The notes beneath the pieces are model-generated. The model searched no databases, was not told where the DNA came from, and saw only the letters and a list, made by a program, of their open reading frames with translations. Shown here piece by piece: positions 59,117-64,000 of a DNA stretch of 64,000 nt. The DNA lies in assembly GCF_009914755.1 (NCBI RefSeq), contig NC_060939.1. The stretch is one strand, 5' to 3'. The stretch's first letter is position 1; every line of letters starts with the position of its first letter. The stretch comes from the human T2T-CHM13v2.0 reference genome, Homo sapiens. Position numbers and translations under genes: made by a program.

Positions 59117-59274
59117 GGCCTGTTTGTAATATTTAAGTGAAATATTAAGCTGCATTATTGTCTTTTTATTTTTAAACACTTAAACACCATTTTCTAGGGT
59201 TGTCTTACCATGTGAAGCATATGGGGGGTTTTGTTTTGTTTCATTTTCCTGACCTGCCTTTTCTCATTTCTCAG

Positions 59275-59371
59275 CCAAACAGGCAGGACTCGTGAAATTG
59301 TGATGCCTTCTAGGAACTACACCCCATACACAAGAGTCCTGGAGTTAACCATGAAGAAAACTCTGACTTAG
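59275..59371 (+). CDS. MYZAP: MYZAP terminal coding exon (probably 13), (S)QTGRTREIVMPSRNYTPYTRVLELTMKKTLT*
   Basis: Acceptor ttctcatttctcag|C, phase 2; TAG at 59369-59371; matches recalled myozap C-terminus. Confidence 0.95.
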
Positions 59372-60237
59372 GCACTCAGAGGCATACACTTTTTACAGAT
59401 GGACAAAAGCTCTGGAACCCTGTGGCTTCAAATCCTTTGGGAAGGGTGACTGTTGTTTCCCCTACACACAGTGTAAGCCGGAATGGGAATCGCTGAGGCT
59501 CTGATCCACTTCTAAGACAGGAAGGAAAGTGAAGGCAGAGTGAGCAGGTAAGAGAGGGATATACAAGGTCACATTTCAGACACCCACTCGGCATACCCTG
59601 CCGTACTGCATCATCATTTGTTTTCTTTGTAGACACTGAAATCCTATCAGGAGGATTCCTTCACAATGTATTTTATTTGCTAGACTTTGGTTGGGAGGGA
59701 AAAGGACATTAATTTGAAGTTTCATGTTATTCATGCCAGGATTGTTTGATAGAGCATGAAGGTTTTGTTTACCCATAAAAGTATTAGAGGCAGCGTTTCT
59801 CTGATACAGAGAGGCCTGTCCACAAGAAGCATGGGCACCCAGCCAAACTTGAACCTGGAAGGGAGGGTTCCCGGCCTGCAGGTGCTCTTTCCTCTTGGTC
59901 CCAAGCATCTGTGCAGGGTCGTGGGAGCCACACTGAGAGACTTGTGTGGGCCAGACAAGCTTCATTCTGATGCGCTAGTCCCTTGGTTTAATTTGTGCCT
60001 TATGCTTTCATTGGACCAGCTGAAATCACTGTATTTATTCAACTTGTGATTTTTTTTTCTTTCTCACTTTAACTTAAAGAGAATTTTATATGTCTTGGAA
60101 ATTTAATAATTTAGTGTTCTCAGTATCAATTGGTGTTTTTGTTAAACGAATGAATCATCTGTTCATGCATGCTCTACTTTGATATTATAACCTATGTCAC
60201 ATGTGTTTAATAAATACCATATATTTTGTTCTACTAA
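59372..60237 (+). other. MYZAP: MYZAP 3'UTR (3' end approximate)
   Basis: Runs from the stop codon to ~20 nt past AATAAA; no repeats recognised; U-rich distal part. Confidence 0.8.
60209..60214 (+). terminator. Polyadenylation signal AATAAA
   Basis: Canonical hexamer with U-rich upstream sequence and GU/U-rich downstream element (tgttgtctctctgtttc, ~60238-60254). Confidence 0.8.
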
Positions 60238-61689
60238 TGTTGTCTCTCTGTTTCATCCATGACCATGTAGAAGGGGCAGAGAGCAGATCAGGCTCTGGAA
60301 TGAGTGTCAAAGTCAAATCACATGATCTTCCAGCCAGTACAATTCATACAAGCATCTGTAAACCATAAGATTGACTGTGTGTGTCGGGGGAGGGTGGGGG
60401 GCCTATCTGTCTTTTTAATTGCTGAACTTTAGTTAATACACCATGTGGAAAAAGCAAGATACCTTAATGATCACAAAGTACAAAAATAGATTTTACTTTT
60501 AAACCTTTCCTCAAACCTCCCACCCCTTACTGTCTCCACTTCCAAAAAACCAAAGAAATAAAAAAGTAAGAAAGCAAAGCAACTCAGTTAGATAAATCAC
60601 TGTGAGTCAGAATCATGCTAAGAGGAAAATGTGCATTTGGGAGCCACATTTGTATTTAAACACTGTCCGTGGGACCTTGGGCGAGTCGTCAAGGCTCTCT
60701 GAATATTAGTTTCATCCTTTAAAAACCTCGGATTATCACACCTACTTGATAGGCTGACGTGAGTGCCACATGAGGTCATTCCCACATAGGGAGTGGGCAC
60801 TGCTAGGCACACAGGCAGTGATTGCTGTCATTCTGGAGGTTTTAGAGCACTGCTGATTGCTGGTTGAGTCTCACCACTGGAGGTATTCTAGCAGCAAAAA
60901 ACCGTGTTCTGTGGCAGCCACCAAGAAGGAGCACTTAGAGAAAAAGCTGTCCTTAGGACCAGGAGATAGGGAAGCTGGACTCAGAGAGAGGCAGAGGGTT
61001 CTGGGAGCCCATCCCCCTGAAGAAACTGGTCTGGAAGCAGTTTCTAAGTGAAATGCAATGACTTAAAAAATGTCAATTTTAATGAGACCAAGGTAGAAAT
61101 GAAAACTACTCTGCCAATACTTCCACATTCACTTCTTTCTCTCTCTCTTAAAACAAGCAAGGAAAAGAAAAACTTAGTAATTTTAAATTTAAAGGATACC
61201 AGGGACCATTCTGCAGCTCGGGCCTTTGTATTTTAAAATATATCTTCAACATATGGAAAATTCTAAACATGATTTGAACTACTCAAGAAGACTATTAAAG
61301 AGAGTTCCTAAATTGTACAGACTGAAACCGAAAGAAGCTGAGAGATAATCCTTCCAGATCCTTTGTCAACATTGACTCTAGTGCCCCCCAACCCTCCATC
61401 TAAAGGACTGACATTCATCAACCTCTTCATGAGCAGGGGTATTACATAAAATTGGGAGAATGAACTCTAACATTTCATAGTAAATTTATCTCACTGAAAT
61501 GGAAAGCAGCAGTGTATGTAAAGGGTTTTTAAAAAATAAAACAACATCCTATAATCTTCCAATTAATATCTTCATTCCAGACCTTCCAGAATTTTAAAAC
61601 ACACCCGCTCCATTTTGTTTTTAAAATAAATATAACCCTATACTGAGAAGCGGAATCATGTGATTTTTAAGAACGTGGGAACACTCGAG

Positions 61690-61880
61690 TCAGCTATCTG
61701 AGCTTAGTCACTAGTGCGCATGTGGGTAAGTCACAACCCTGTCTGAGGGCCTGTAAAATTGGAACTGTGAGAGTTCTTTCCTAATGGGGTTGGTGTGAAG
61801 AGTAAATGAGTTAATGCCTGCATGGTTCTTAGAATAGTGCTTGGCACATGATAAGCACTTAATATATGCTACCTATTAAC
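61690..61880 (+). mobile_element. MIR
   Basis: gggtaagtcac...ctgtaaaattgg...aaatgagttaatgc...cttagaatagtgcttggcacatgataagcact. Confidence 0.75.
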
Positions 61881-61899
61881 ATTACATACTTTTGTAGCC

Positions 61900-64000
61900 A
61901 CTTTTTGCTTACTTTATATATATATAAATATATATATACACACACTTTATATAGTTTGCTTTATATATATACTTTATATATAGTAAGTTTGCTTACTTTA
62001 TATATATACATATAATATATATTTTTGCTTATTTTATATGTATATATACTTTATATATGCATATAATATATATGTATACAATATACATAATATATATTAT
62101 ACACATATATGTATACAATATATACATATATTATACACATATATGTATACAATATACACATATATATTATATAATATATGTGTACAATATACACATATAT
62201 ATTATATATAATATATGTGTACAATATACACATATATATTATATATAATATATGTGTACAATATACACATATATATTATATAATATATGTGTACAATATA
62301 CACATATATATTATATATAATATATGTGTACAATATACACATATATATAATATGTGTGTACAATATACACATATATATAATATGTGTGTACAATATACAC
62401 ATATATATAATATGTGTGTACAATATACACATATATATAATATGTGTGTACAATATACACATATATATAATATGTGTGTACAATATACACATATATATAA
62501 TATGTGTGTACAATATACACATATATAATATGTGTGTACAATATACACATATATAATATGTGTGTACAATATACACATATATTATATGTGTGTACAATAT
62601 ACACATATATTATATGTGTGTACAATATACACATATATTATATGTGTGTACAATATACACATATATTATATGTGTGTACAATATACACATATATTAGTGT
62701 ACAATATACACATATATTAGTGTACAATATACACATATATGTGTGTACAATATACACATATGTGTGTGTACAATATACACATATATGTGTGTGTACAATA
62801 TACACATATATGTGTGTGTACAATATACACATATATATTATATAAAATATATATGTGTACAATGTACACCTATATACTCTATATGTGTACAATGTACACC
62901 TATATACTCTATATGTGTACAATGTACACATATATACTCTATATGTGTACAATGTACACCTATATATACTCTATATGTGTACAATGTACACCTATATATA
63001 CTCTATATGTGTACAATGTACACATATATACTCTATATGTGTACAATGTACACATATATACTCTATATGTGTACAATGTACACATATATACTCTATATGT
63101 GTACAATGTACACATATATACTCTATAGAGTATATATATATACTCTATGTATATTCTATAGAATATATATGTGTACAATGTACATATATACTCTATAGAA
63201 TATATGTGTACAATATACACATATATTCTATAGAATATATGTGTTCAATGTACACATACAGAATATATGTGTTCAGTGTACACCTACAGAATATATGTGT
63301 TCAGTGTACACCTACAGAATATATGTGTTCAGTGTACACCTACAGAATATATGTGTTCAGTGTACACATACAGAATATATATGTACAGTGTACACATACA
63401 GAATATATGTGTACAGTGTACACATACAGAATATATGTGTACAGTGTACACATATATAATATATATGTGTACAATATACACATATATATGTATAATATAC
63501 ACATATATTATATATAATATGTGTATATTATACATATATGTGTATAGTATACACATATATATTATATAATATGTGTATAGTATACACATATATGTATAAT
63601 ATACACATATATATGTATAATATACACATATATATGTATACTATACACATATATATGTATAATATACACATATATATGTATAATATACACATATATATTA
63701 TATATAATATGTGTATATTATATACGTGTATGTTATAATGTGTATATAATTGTATATAATGTATATAATATATACTATATGTATATAATATACAATAATG
63801 TATATAATATATACGTATATATATTATATGCGTATATATTATATACACCTGTGTAATATATGCATATGTTATATACGCATATGTAATATATGCATATATT
63901 ATATACGCGTATGTAATATATACATATATTATATATACGTGTATATAATATATCATATTATATATTGTATACGTACATAATATATCATATATTATATAAT
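61900..64000. repeat. AT-rich compound minisatellite/VNTR (>2 kb, runs off window end)
   Basis: Core tgtgtacaatatacacata; successive blocks of ~37, 30, 28, 30, 28 and 21 bp period. Confidence 0.95.

Noticed and set aside
59354-59371. C-terminal KKTLT as a PDZ-binding motif
   Set aside because: The terminal residue is Thr, not the hydrophobic residue of canonical class I motifs
62170-63460. CRISPR-like array of palindromic repeats
   Set aside because: Head-to-tail units with no unique spacers, no cas genes, mammalian context
62051-63980. Many overlapping Tyr/Ile/Cys-rich ORFs
   Set aside because: Translation artefacts of the AT-rich tandem repeat

Overview
Human (or very close great-ape) genomic DNA. 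It carries the 3' ~70% of the coding sequence of MYZAP (myozap, the upstream 'Gup' gene of the GCOM1/GRINL1A complex locus, 15q21.3; identified from my recall of the protein sequence). Nine + strand coding exons splice in frame via GT-AG sites into 329 aa of coiled-coil protein ending ...VLELTMKKTLT*. They are at 685-798, 4608-4760, 7341-7466, 8520-8648, 12602-12681, 14347-14452, 36349-36432, 49865-49965 and 59275-59371, probably exons 5-13. A ~0.86 kb 3'UTR follows, with AATAAA at 60209. The rest is intronic or downstream sequence rich in Alu, MIR, L2, old L1, MaLR/ERVL LTRs and hAT MITEs, and the window ends in a >2 kb AT-rich palindromic minisatellite. I see no convincing new multi-gene system. 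Best second-look items: (1) a 141-bp, ~89%-identical inverted duplication in intron 10 that I do not recognise as a repeat; (2) two phase-compatible, stop-containing candidate exons in intron 10 (15012-15079 and 21044-21183); (3) inverted Alus bracketing exon 6; (4) a twin-primed L1 with intact TSDs; (5) the minisatellite whose core palindrome becomes more perfect along the array. Repeat subfamily names and boundaries are by eye and approximate.
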